Shown here piece after piece: positions 37,211 through 45,085 of a stretch of DNA of 64,000 nucleotides (positions are counted from its first letter, which is position 1; every line of letters starts with the position of its first letter). The position numbers and the translations under genes are program-made. Where the stretch lies: the NCBI GenBank assembly GCA_026126215.1, contig JAHCJQ010000002.1, positions 16,261-80,260 on the forward strand. Direction: 5' to 3'. Under the pieces are notes generated by a model, which had not been told where the DNA came from, ran no database searches, and was given only the letters and a program-made list of their open reading frames with translations. This stretch comes from Alphaproteobacteria bacterium (lineage in GTDB: Bacteria > Pseudomonadota > Alphaproteobacteria > Ferrovibrionales > Ferrovibrionaceae).

Positions 37211-37638
37211 GCGCCAACGGCAGTATCCAGCGGCCAAACGGAACGGCTACGGTCTTCGACGAGGCGAAGAGCGTACTGGCGCGGTTTGGCTACCGTTCCC
37301 TGGGCGCCGACGAAGTCCGGGATGACTGGGCGGCCATGTGGGAACTTCTGAAGGCTGATTTCCAGACCCGCGCCCGGCCATTCATCGCCGATTTCGCCAG
37401 CCTGCGCGAAGCCCAGCGCGAAGCGGCAATCCGCTATATGGCCGCGCGGCTCGAGGCAGACCGCTTGCTGGAACGCTGCGAGGCGGCGCATGGACGGCTT
37501 GCAGGCCAGGGGATCGACGCGGCCGCGGTGGAAGCCTTTGCCAATGCGCGCGAGAGCTATGAGAACATGGTGCAGCGCTTCGGCGAGACGCGGGCGGAAC
37601 TGGAAACGCTTCTGTCCGCCTCGGCTTCGCCCGGCTGA
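37207..37638 (+). CDS. Hypothetical helical protein (143 aa), translationally coupled to PaaA-like copy 1
   Basis: GTG 37207 overlaps the upstream stop (GTGA). Third-position GC-rich codons continue to TGA 37636-37638. I recognise no family motif, and no Cys cluster is present. Confidence 0.55.
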   Translation: MSANGSIQRPNGTATVFDEAKSVLARFGYRSLGADEVRDDWAAMWELLKADFQTRARPFIADFASLREAQREAAIRYMAARLEADRLLERCEAAHGRLAGQGIDAAAVEAFANARESYENMVQRFGETRAELETLLSASASPG

Positions 37639-37708
37639 GCGTGTCTTGCCGGCATCGCGGCGCCCGCTATGATCGGCTCGTGCTGACGGGAGGGAGAGGA
37701 CACGCCTG

Positions 37709-38662
37709 ATGGCCAAGGCATTCGCATCGACGGCGGACCTCGCCGAGAAGAAGGTCAGGTTCGAGCGGCTTTCCGACAATGCCTATTCGTACTCGGCCGA
37801 GGGTGACCCCACCTCGGGTGTCATCATCGGCGACGACGCGGTCATGGTGATCGATACCCGATCGACACCTGTCGCTGCCCAGGACCTGATCCGTCGCGTG
37901 CGCGCCATCACCGACAAGCCGTTCAAGTACGTGGTGCTGACGCATTACCACGCCGTGCGCGTCCTTGGTGCCTCGGCCTATGGGGCGGAGCACATCATTG
38001 CCAGCGAAGGGACGCTGGAGCTGATCCGCGAACGCGGCCGGCAGGACTACAAGTCCGAGGTGGGACGTTTCCCACGCCTGTTTGAAGGCGTGGAGAGCGT
38101 GCCGGGCCTCACCTGGCCGACGCTGGTATTCAAGGAGCGCATGTCGCTCTGGCTCGGCTCGCTTGAAGTGCAGTTCCTGCATCTGGGGCGTGGCCATACC
38201 AAGGGCGACATCGTCGTCTGGCTGCCGTCGCAGCGCATCCTGTTCTCCGGCGATCTGGTGGAGAACGGCGCCACTCCCTATACGGGCGATGCCTATTTGC
38301 GCGAATGGCCGGAGACGCTGGAGAGGCTCAAGGCGCTCAGGCCGCGCATGCTGGTTCCCGGAAGGGGGGATGCCTGCAAGTCACCCGCCGCGGCGGCGAA
38401 GGCCATCGCTGGTACGCAGGACTTCCTGCGTTCGCTTGTTGCCGAGGTGCGCAAGGGCGTTCGCCGCAAGGAGGATCTCCGGCAGATTTTCCGGCGGGCG
38501 CATGGCGCACTTGAGCCTCGTTTCGGCCGCTGGGCGATTTTCGAGCATTGCATGCCCTTCGACGTGACGCGCTGCCATGACGAGCTGATCGGCCATGACG
38601 ATCCGCGCATCTGGACCGCGCGGCGCGACCGCGAGATGTGGCGCGCCCTGCAGGGCGAGTAG
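37709..38662 (+). CDS. Metallo-beta-lactamase-fold protein with incomplete metal-ligand set
   Basis: MBL motif order is retained: VIDT, THYHAVR (canonical HxHxDH), GHTKGD, FSGDLV, VPGRGD (canonical PGHG). Confidence 0.8.
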   Translation: MAKAFASTADLAEKKVRFERLSDNAYSYSAEGDPTSGVIIGDDAVMVIDTRSTPVAAQDLIRRVRAITDKPFKYVVLTHYHAVRVLGASAYGAEHIIASEGTLELIRERGRQDYKSEVGRFPRLFEGVESVPGLTWPTLVFKERMSLWLGSLEVQFLHLGRGHTKGDIVVWLPSQRILFSGDLVENGATPYTGDAYLREWPETLERLKALRPRMLVPGRGDACKSPAAAAKAIAGTQDFLRSLVAEVRKGVRRKEDLRQIFRRAHGALEPRFGRWAIFEHCMPFDVTRCHDELIGHDDPRIWTARRDREMWRALQGE

Positions 38663-38668
38663 GCCGAA

Positions 38669-39073
38669 ATGGCGGTTGGCAGGCAGTTCAGCTCGCAGCT
38701 CGACGAACTGCTGGCGCCCATCGGCCGCATCTCGATCCGCGAGATGTTCGGTGGCGCGGGGATTTTCCACGAGGACGTCATGTTCGCGCTGGTGGCGGAC
38801 GAGACGCTCTATCTGAAGGTGGACGATGCGACACGTCCGGACTTCGAGGCGGAAGGATCGCATGCCTTTGCCTATGAGACATCGAGCGGGCGGCGGCAGG
38901 TGATGAGCTATTACGAGATCCCGGACCGGCTGTTCGACGAGCCGGATGAGTTTCTGGCCTGGGCGAGGCTCGCCATTGCCTCCGCGCTCCGCGCCAGGCG
39001 CAGCCGCCCGCCCGCCCGCTCCGGCGCCAAGGGTCCGCTCAAGCGTCCTGCCCCGCGTGGCCGCCGGGCCTGA
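38669..39073 (+). CDS. TfoX N-terminal-domain family protein
   Basis: ISIREMFGGAGIFHEDVMFALVADETLYLKVDD...AFAYETSSGRRQVMSYYEIP is the typical TfoX_N pattern. The C-terminus is basic and disordered. Confidence 0.7.
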   Translation: MAVGRQFSSQLDELLAPIGRISIREMFGGAGIFHEDVMFALVADETLYLKVDDATRPDFEAEGSHAFAYETSSGRRQVMSYYEIPDRLFDEPDEFLAWARLAIASALRARRSRPPARSGAKGPLKRPAPRGRRA

Positions 39074-39104
39074 AGCACGCTCCTGATGACCCTCGCCCTG
39101 TCTC

Positions 39105-39124
39105 TCTCCCGCTCAGGCGGGAGA
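39105..39124 (+). terminator. Stem-loop downstream of the TfoX-like gene (weak terminator candidate)
   Basis: TCTCCCGC-TCAG-GCGGGAGA is a perfect 8-bp stem, but it is followed only by TTGG, so the U-tract is poor. Confidence 0.3.
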
Positions 39125-39206
39125 TTGGACGACACGTCATCTTCCATTGGAACGAGAAACAGCGGTTCCTTCTGCCTCTCCCTCCGGGCTTGAGCCGCGA
39201 AGCGGA

Positions 39207-39428
39207 TCAAGTGGTCGGGGTGAGGGCTTCGCCCAAACCCTTGCGCGCCAGTTCCATGGCCTCGGCAATCACCTGCTCGTCGCCGATATGGTTGGCGAGG
39301 ATGAGCACGAGCTTGGCGTTCAGCAGCTGGCTTTCCGCCTCGCTCAGACCGTCATGCAAACGGATGAGGCGTTCGTAGAAGCCGTCGGCATCGGCAATAT
39401 TGGCATCGAGCGAAAGGTGCTTCGTCAT
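39207..39428 (-). CDS. Small protein (73 aa), DUF2783-like partner of the FAD monooxygenase
   Basis: MTKHLSLDANIADADGFYERLIRLHDGLSEAESQLLNAKLVLILANHIGDEQV. Its ATG overlaps the monooxygenase stop (39425-39428). The family assignment is from memory. Confidence 0.6.
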   Translation of the reverse strand: MTKHLSLDANIADADGFYERLIRLHDGLSEAESQLLNAKLVLILANHIGDEQVIAEAMELARKGLGEALTPTT

Positions 39429-41089
39429 GCCTTTTCCTCCATGCCGAGCGCGCGCGCCAGCGCCCGGCCGATCGCGGGGAGCGAAGGGGCGCGCCAGCGC
39501 GCGGCCACGTGCTGGTCGGGGCGGACAAGATAGGCGGCTCCGGTCGGCGCAGCGAAGGCTTGATGCACCGATCCATCGCCATCCCGGAGCGTGCGGACCG
39601 GCGCGGTGGCGGCATCGCGCGCGACGAGAAGCGGCTCGATAACGGGGGCGGGCATGATCGAGAGGCCTTCGAGGAGGGATGCAATGCCAGGCGGGACCGC
39701 GGCCGCTTCGCCGAGAAAGATCAGCAGCCGGAACCCTCCGCCAAGATGGTGGAGCAGGAATCCGTCCGGTGCGGCGAGCGCGAGGTTGGGGCAGGGCGCG
39801 CCGGTCGGCGGGCCGCCGGCCCAAGGCTCGCCATCCGGCGTGGAAAGCGGCGTATCCGTATGGATGGTCGGGGTGGAGAGCCGGCCGCTATTGACCAGCG
39901 CGCGTGCGAAGGGGGCATCGGCGGCCAGATGCAGGACGGCATCGCGCAGGGTGCGGCTTGCCGGCGTCCGCGGCGTGAGGAAATCGGTGGTGCGGCTGGT
40001 GATGCGGATGTTCTCGTCCGCCGCCTGGCCCCGTTCGGCATCGTAGGAATCGAGCAGCCGGTCGGGCGCCAGGCCCTTGATGACGTAGGCGAGCTTCCAG
40101 GCCAGGTTTTCCGCATCCTGGATGCCGCTGTTGCCGCCACGGGCGCCGAAGGGCGACACCTGGTGCGCGGCATCGCCGGCGAAGATTATGCGTCCATGCC
40201 GGAACCGGGCCAGGCGGCGGGCCTGGAATGTGTAGATACTGGCCCAGGTGATCTCCATCGGATGGTCGCCCAGCATCGCCCTGACCCGCGGAAGGACCCG
40301 CTCCGGGCGCTTCTCCGCCTCACGGTCGATGTTCCAGCCAAGCTGGAAATCTACCCGCCACATGCCAAGTCCCTGCCTGTGACAAAGCGCGGTGTCGCCG
40401 CCGCCGAACTCGGGCTGGAACCAGAAGCGCCGGTCCGCATTGGGCAGTTCGGCATGGACATCGACATCGGCGATGAGGAAGTGGTCCTCGAAAACCCGGC
40501 CGGTGAAATCCAGGCCGAGCGCGCGCCGGACGCTGGAGCGCGCACCGTCGGCCGCCACCACCCAGTCCGCCTCCATCCGGTAGGGACCGGACGGCGTCTC
40601 GACCGTAATGCGCACATGATCCGCCGCCGGCTCGACGCCGCTCACGCGGTTGAGCCAGCGCATCTCGATCAGCGGCTGGCGCTCCACCGCCTCGTGCAGG
40701 AATTCCTCCGCGAGATACTGTTGCAGGTTGGTGAAGGCGGGGAACTCCTGCGGTCCCTGCGGCTGCAGGCCGAACTGGTAGAGCTCCCGCGCGCCATGAA
40801 AGACCCGCCCCGTGTTCCAGGTATATCCGGTCGCCACCATCCGCGCCGCAACGCCGTGTCGATTCAGAATCTCGAGCGAACGTTTCGACCAGCACAGCGC
40901 CCGGCTGCCCTCGCTTACCGTGTCGCCTTCCTCGAGGACCGTCGATGGGATGCCATGGGCGGCCAGTTCGAGGGCGCAGGTCAGTCCGACCGGGCCGCCA
41001 CCGACGATGGCCACGCCGCCCCGCCCGGTCTTGCCCTGCTGCTCCGGCGCCGGACGGAACGGACGGCGGCGATAGGCGTGGGCGGGCAA
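39425..41089 (-). CDS. FAD-dependent aromatic-ring monooxygenase (PheA/TfdB/MhpA class)
   Basis: VAIVGGGPVGLTCALELAAHG (GxGxxG), GRIIFAGDAAHQVSPFGARGGNSGIQD, and a thioredoxin-like C-terminal domain typical of this class. Confidence 0.85.
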   Translation of the reverse strand: MPAHAYRRRPFRPAPEQQGKTGRGGVAIVGGGPVGLTCALELAAHGIPSTVLEEGDTVSEGSRALCWSKRSLEILNRHGVAARMVATGYTWNTGRVFHGARELYQFGLQPQGPQEFPAFTNLQQYLAEEFLHEAVERQPLIEMRWLNRVSGVEPAADHVRITVETPSGPYRMEADWVVAADGARSSVRRALGLDFTGRVFEDHFLIADVDVHAELPNADRRFWFQPEFGGGDTALCHRQGLGMWRVDFQLGWNIDREAEKRPERVLPRVRAMLGDHPMEITWASIYTFQARRLARFRHGRIIFAGDAAHQVSPFGARGGNSGIQDAENLAWKLAYVIKGLAPDRLLDSYDAERGQAADENIRITSRTTDFLTPRTPASRTLRDAVLHLAADAPFARALVNSGRLSTPTIHTDTPLSTPDGEPWAGGPPTGAPCPNLALAAPDGFLLHHLGGGFRLLIFLGEAAAVPPGIASLLEGLSIMPAPVIEPLLVARDAATAPVRTLRDGDGSVHQAFAAPTGAAYLVRPDQHVAARWRAPSLPAIGRALARALGMEEKA

Positions 41090-41092
41090 GGG

Positions 41093-42418
41093 TCAGTCTC
41101 GCGGCCGGAAGTCGAGAACGCGCTTCGCTTTCCCGAGCGAGCGTTCGATGCTGCCCGGATCGACGATGGAAGCAGCCGCGCTGACCCCGGCCAGGGCCTT
41201 GATGTGTCGTTCCAGATCATGACCGATCGCGGCCCTTTCGCCCTCGCTGGCATTCAGCAGGTCGGCGCGCAGTTCGACCTTAACGGTCAGATGATCGAGT
41301 GGGCCTTCCTTGCGCAGTTCGAGGACGTAATGTGGGGAAAGCCGCGGATCCCGAAGCAGGATCTCCTCGATCTGCGTCGGAAAGAGATTGACGCCGCGCA
41401 CGATCAGCATGTCGTCGGATCGTCCGGTGATCTTGGCCATGCGCCGCACGGTGCGGGCGGTGCCCGGCATCAGCCGCGTCAGGTCCCGGGTGCGGTAGCG
41501 GATGATCGGCAGGCCTTCCTTGGTCAGGGTGGTGAAGACCAGTTCGCCGGTTTCGCCATCGGGCAGGACCATTCCCGATGCCGGGTCGATGATCTCCGGG
41601 TAGAAGTGATCCTCCCAGACATGCAGGCCGTCCTTGGTTTCGATGCACTCGTTGGCGACGCCCGGCCCCATCACCTCGGAAAGGCCGTAAATGTCGATGG
41701 CGTCCATGTCGAATCGCCGTTCGATCTCGCGGCGCATGCTTTCCGTCCAGGGTTCGGCGCCGAAAATCCCGACTTTGAGCGAGGATCGCGCCGGGTCGAG
41801 CCCCTGACGCTCGAACTCGTCGGCGATGGCCAGCATGTAGGAAGGCGTGACCATGATGATGGAAGGCTGGAAGTCGGCAATGAGCTGGACTTGCCGCTCG
41901 GTCTGGCCGCCGGACATCGGGATCACGGTGCAGCCAAGATGCTCGCCCCCGTAATGCGCGCCAAGGCCACCGGTGAACAGGCCATAGCCATAGGCGACAT
42001 GCAGCAATTCGCCCGGCCTCCCGCCCGAAGCGCGGATCGAGCGGGCGACCAGGGCCGACCAGTTTTCGATGTCCTTGCGCGTATAACCGACGACGGTCGG
42101 CTTGCCGGTGGTCCCCGAAGACGCATGAATGCGAATGAGTCTCTCGCGCGGCACGGCGAACATGCCGAAGGGATAGTTGCGCCGCAGGTCCTCTTTGGTG
42201 GTGAAGGGAAAGCGCGCCAGGTCGTCCAGGTGGCGCAACTCGTCTGGATGGACGCCGGCACGCTCGAAGGACTGTCGATAGTGCGGCACGTGCTCGAAGG
42301 CGTGACGCAGGCTCCAGCGCAGACGCTCGAACTGCAACGCGGCGATCTCGTCGCGGCTCGCAGTCTCGATCGGATCCAGTTCGGCGCGCGCGGGCGGCCT
42401 GGCCCGTTGCTTCGTCAT
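41093..42418 (-). CDS. paaK: Phenylacetate--CoA ligase
   Basis: LDPIETASRDEIAALQFERLRWSLRHAFEHVPHYRQSFERAGVHPDEL, and the AMP-binding loop SSGTTGKPT. Confidence 0.9.
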   Translation of the reverse strand: MTKQRARPPARAELDPIETASRDEIAALQFERLRWSLRHAFEHVPHYRQSFERAGVHPDELRHLDDLARFPFTTKEDLRRNYPFGMFAVPRERLIRIHASSGTTGKPTVVGYTRKDIENWSALVARSIRASGGRPGELLHVAYGYGLFTGGLGAHYGGEHLGCTVIPMSGGQTERQVQLIADFQPSIIMVTPSYMLAIADEFERQGLDPARSSLKVGIFGAEPWTESMRREIERRFDMDAIDIYGLSEVMGPGVANECIETKDGLHVWEDHFYPEIIDPASGMVLPDGETGELVFTTLTKEGLPIIRYRTRDLTRLMPGTARTVRRMAKITGRSDDMLIVRGVNLFPTQIEEILLRDPRLSPHYVLELRKEGPLDHLTVKVELRADLLNASEGERAAIGHDLERHIKALAGVSAAASIVDPGSIERSLGKAKRVLDFRPRD

Positions 42419-42879
42419 CCGCCCTCCCTCGCTTCCTCCCGTGCCGCAGGCGCCAGGCCCGGCACCACCTCGCCGTTCAGGCGGTAGGAGTTGCCGCGGA
42501 AAAGCGCAACCAGGCGGTCCCGCTGGTCGCTTACCCTGATGTCATAGATGCCGGTGCGGCCGCTGCGCGATACCTCGCGTGCCTCCGCGGTCAGCAGGTC
42601 GCCGGCGCGCGCGGCGCTGACGAAGGATATCTGCGCGGTCTGCGCCACCGTGACGTGGTTGTAGGAATTGCAGGCATAGGCGAAAGCGGTATCGGCAAGA
42701 GTGAAGATCATGCCGCCATGGCAGATATCGTGTCCGTTCACCATGTCCGGGCCCACCGCCATGCGCATGCGCGCGAGGCCGGGCGCGATTTCATCCAGGG
42801 TGATCCCGAGCGCACGCGCCGCACGGTCACGGGCATACATGCCATGACCCACCGCGTCGGCGATGGCCTGCGGCGTCAT
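42415..42879 (-). CDS. paaI: Hydroxyphenylacetyl-CoA thioesterase (hotdog fold)
   Basis: LGITLDEIAPGLARMRMAV...NGHDICHGGMIFTLADTAFAYACNS. There are ATGA overlaps with the genes on both sides. Confidence 0.85.
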   Translation of the reverse strand: MTPQAIADAVGHGMYARDRAARALGITLDEIAPGLARMRMAVGPDMVNGHDICHGGMIFTLADTAFAYACNSYNHVTVAQTAQISFVSAARAGDLLTAEAREVSRSGRTGIYDIRVSDQRDRLVALFRGNSYRLNGEVVPGLAPAAREEAREGG

Positions 42880-43667
42880 CGCCCCTCGAAGCGGGCCGGC
42901 CGCTTCTCGAGAAAGGCGCGCACGCCTTCCTGGAAATCGCGCGTGCGCCCGGCCTGGCGCTGCAGGTCGCGCTCGACGCCGAGCTGGCCGGCCAGGTCAT
43001 TGCCGGCCGAGCGGTTGAGTGCATCCTTGATCAGCGAAAGACCCTTGGTCGGCCCGCTGGCCAGCTTGCGCGCGACGCTCATGGCTTCGCCCATCAGCGT
43101 TTCGTCGTCGACGCATTTCCAGATCAGGCCCCATTCGGCTGCCGTCTCCGCCGGCAGCTTCTCACCCATCATGGTGAGATAGGCGGCGCGCGCCGAGCCT
43201 GCGAGGCGCGGCAGAAAGTAGGTTGAACCGGCATCGGGCACCAGGCCGATATTGCAGAAAGCCTGCAGGAACGTGGCCGAGCGCGCGGCGATCACCAGGT
43301 CGCAGGCCAGCGCCAGCGACATGCCGGCCCCGGCCGCCGGTCCATTGACCGCGGCGAGGATCGGCTTGGGCAAGCGGCGCATCGCGAGGATCAGCGGGTT
43401 GTAGTCGCGCTCCAGCGCCATGCCGAGATCGGGTCCGTCGGCATCCACATCGCCAAGCCCTGCGGTAAGATCGGCGCCGGCGCAGAAGCCCCGTCCCGCG
43501 CCGGTGACGAGCAGGCAGCGGATCGCGCCGTCCGCGCGCGCCATTTCCATCACCTGGCGCAGCTCGCCATGCATTTCCGCGGTGAAGGCGTTGAGCCGGT
43601 CCGGCCGGTTGAGCGTCAGGGTCGCGATGCCATCCTGTACGTCCCAAAGGATCGTCTTGAAGTTCAT
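42876..43667 (-). CDS. paaG: Crotonase-family enoyl-CoA hydratase/isomerase, PaaG-like
   Basis: IATLTLNRPDRLNAF...GRGFCAGADL...INGPAAGAG. ATG 43667 is preceded by GGGAGGA. Confidence 0.8.
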   Translation of the reverse strand: MNFKTILWDVQDGIATLTLNRPDRLNAFTAEMHGELRQVMEMARADGAIRCLLVTGAGRGFCAGADLTAGLGDVDADGPDLGMALERDYNPLILAMRRLPKPILAAVNGPAAGAGMSLALACDLVIAARSATFLQAFCNIGLVPDAGSTYFLPRLAGSARAAYLTMMGEKLPAETAAEWGLIWKCVDDETLMGEAMSVARKLASGPTKGLSLIKDALNRSAGNDLAGQLGVERDLQRQAGRTRDFQEGVRAFLEKRPARFEGR

Positions 43668-43738
43668 CCTGTTCCATCCTCCCAGGCCCCGTGGCGCCAC
43701 ATGATACGGGAAACGCCGCTCTTCGCCACCGCCTGCTG

Positions 43739-44509
43739 TCAGGTGGCAGGCTCAGCCAGGCCGAGCCGGGCGAGCGCGTCCCGGGCGCCGTCGCGCCAGG
43801 CGGCGAGCAGGCGCGCATTGTCCCGCGCCCGCAGCCGGTAGAGGAGATGGCGCTGCGCCGCACCGGGTTCCTGCCGGCCAAAGCTTGCTGCCACCCGCGG
43901 CCACCAGTAATCGACCGAGGCCTGTGCCCGGCCCGGTCCGCCAGCCATGGCCATCACGGCCGAGAGCGCCTGTTCGCCTTCCTCCGCATGGGCGCGTTCA
44001 CGTTCGACAATGGGTGGCATCATGCGCGCGAGCGGCCCGTAGGAGCCCTGCGCCAGGTCGCCAAGCTGCAGGACCGAGGCCTGGCCCATCAGCAGCATCT
44101 GTGCCGTCACGTCCTCCCAGCTTTCCAATGGCGCATGGAAGATGTTGAGGCGGCGGTCGCCGGCCAGTCGGCGCTGCCCAGGATCGGCCTGCCGGGGCAG
44201 GCGCGAAGACCAGTCATACGCGGCGACATAGAGATCGGGGCGGACGCCGAAGCGCTCGAGCAGCGCGAGCCCGGCCCGGGCGTGATCGAACTTCTCCGAG
44301 ACAATCCGCGCCAGCACGATGCGTTCGGGCAATCCGGGAGCGCGGTTGATGAAATCGGCGAACCCGGCGGCCCCGGCCAGCTCCGAATCGACAAAGCCGC
44401 AAAGCAGGCGGGTCAGTTCCTGTCTGTAGAATGGCGGGAGGTCGCCGGTCTCCTCGAAACAGGCGCCGGCCGCCAGCCGGGACAGCCATTCCGTCTCGTC
44501 GGGCTGCAT
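43739..44509 (-). CDS. PaaA/PaaC-family ferritin-fold protein, copy 2 (257 aa)
   Basis: ATG 44509 preceded by GAGGGAGGA. YRQELTRLLCGFVDSELAGAAG...VSEKFDHARAG...GSYGPLARMMPPIVERERAHAEEG aligns by eye with PaaA. The first ExxH motif is altered and the second (ERAH) is present. Confidence 0.7.
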   Translation of the reverse strand: MQPDETEWLSRLAAGACFEETGDLPPFYRQELTRLLCGFVDSELAGAAGFADFINRAPGLPERIVLARIVSEKFDHARAGLALLERFGVRPDLYVAAYDWSSRLPRQADPGQRRLAGDRRLNIFHAPLESWEDVTAQMLLMGQASVLQLGDLAQGSYGPLARMMPPIVERERAHAEEGEQALSAVMAMAGGPGRAQASVDYWWPRVAASFGRQEPGAAQRHLLYRLRARDNARLLAAWRDGARDALARLGLAEPAT

Positions 44510-44623
44510 GTTCCTCCCTCGTCCGCGCCGCATCATAGCAGGTCCGTTCCGGTGCGCATCCTTGTGGACTTGCATCGATCGCTCCAGTATCAGACAGGCG
44601 CGGGCGGTGGAGAAGGGCCGCGC

Positions 44624-45073
44624 ATGGCGAAGATCCTGATTCTGGTCGGAACCGAGAGCGGCAATGCCGCCATGGTCGCCGACTGTCTGAAGGACGAACT
44701 TGCGCCGCTCGGGTATGAGGTGAGCGTGCTGGAGGACGGCCGCGCGGCCGCGGAGCGGCTGGCTGGGGCCGGCATCGTGCTGATCTGCACCTCGACCCAC
44801 GGCTCCGGCGAGTTGCCGGACAACATCATTCCCCTGCACGAGGCGCTGAGCGGCGGGCGGCCGGACCTGTCGGGGCTTCGCTATGGCGTGATCGCGCTGG
44901 GCGACCAAACTTACCGGGACACGTTCTGCAATGCGGGCCGCATGTTGGACGCACTCTTTTCCGAACTTGGCGCGCAACGCGTGGGCGATCGGCTGGAGAT
45001 CGATGCCTGTACCCAGCCTTTGCCGGACGAGGAGGCGTTGGCCTGGGCCAAGGACTGGGTCACACTCCTGTAA
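44624..45073 (+). CDS. Flavodoxin (short-chain, MioC-like)
   Basis: MAKILILVGTESGNAAMVA (FMN phosphate loop), STHGSGELPDN and ALGDQTY. The gene is divergent from PaaA-like copy 2 across 114 nt. Confidence 0.85.
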   Translation: MAKILILVGTESGNAAMVADCLKDELAPLGYEVSVLEDGRAAAERLAGAGIVLICTSTHGSGELPDNIIPLHEALSGGRPDLSGLRYGVIALGDQTYRDTFCNAGRMLDALFSELGAQRVGDRLEIDACTQPLPDEEALAWAKDWVTLL

Positions 45074-45085
45074 GCCGAAACATGC

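Noticed and set aside
38669-39073. The TfoX-like gene as evidence for a natural-competence regulator.
   Set aside because: Only the widespread TfoX N-terminal-type domain is present. No com or pil genes are nearby. The family is common in non-competent bacteria, so no functional claim is justified.
39509-42487. 992-aa plus-strand ORF, the longest ORF in the window.
   Set aside because: It lies exactly antisense to the FAD monooxygenase and paaK genes, both of which have clear family motifs. Its sequence is Arg/Ala/Gly-rich without recognisable domains.
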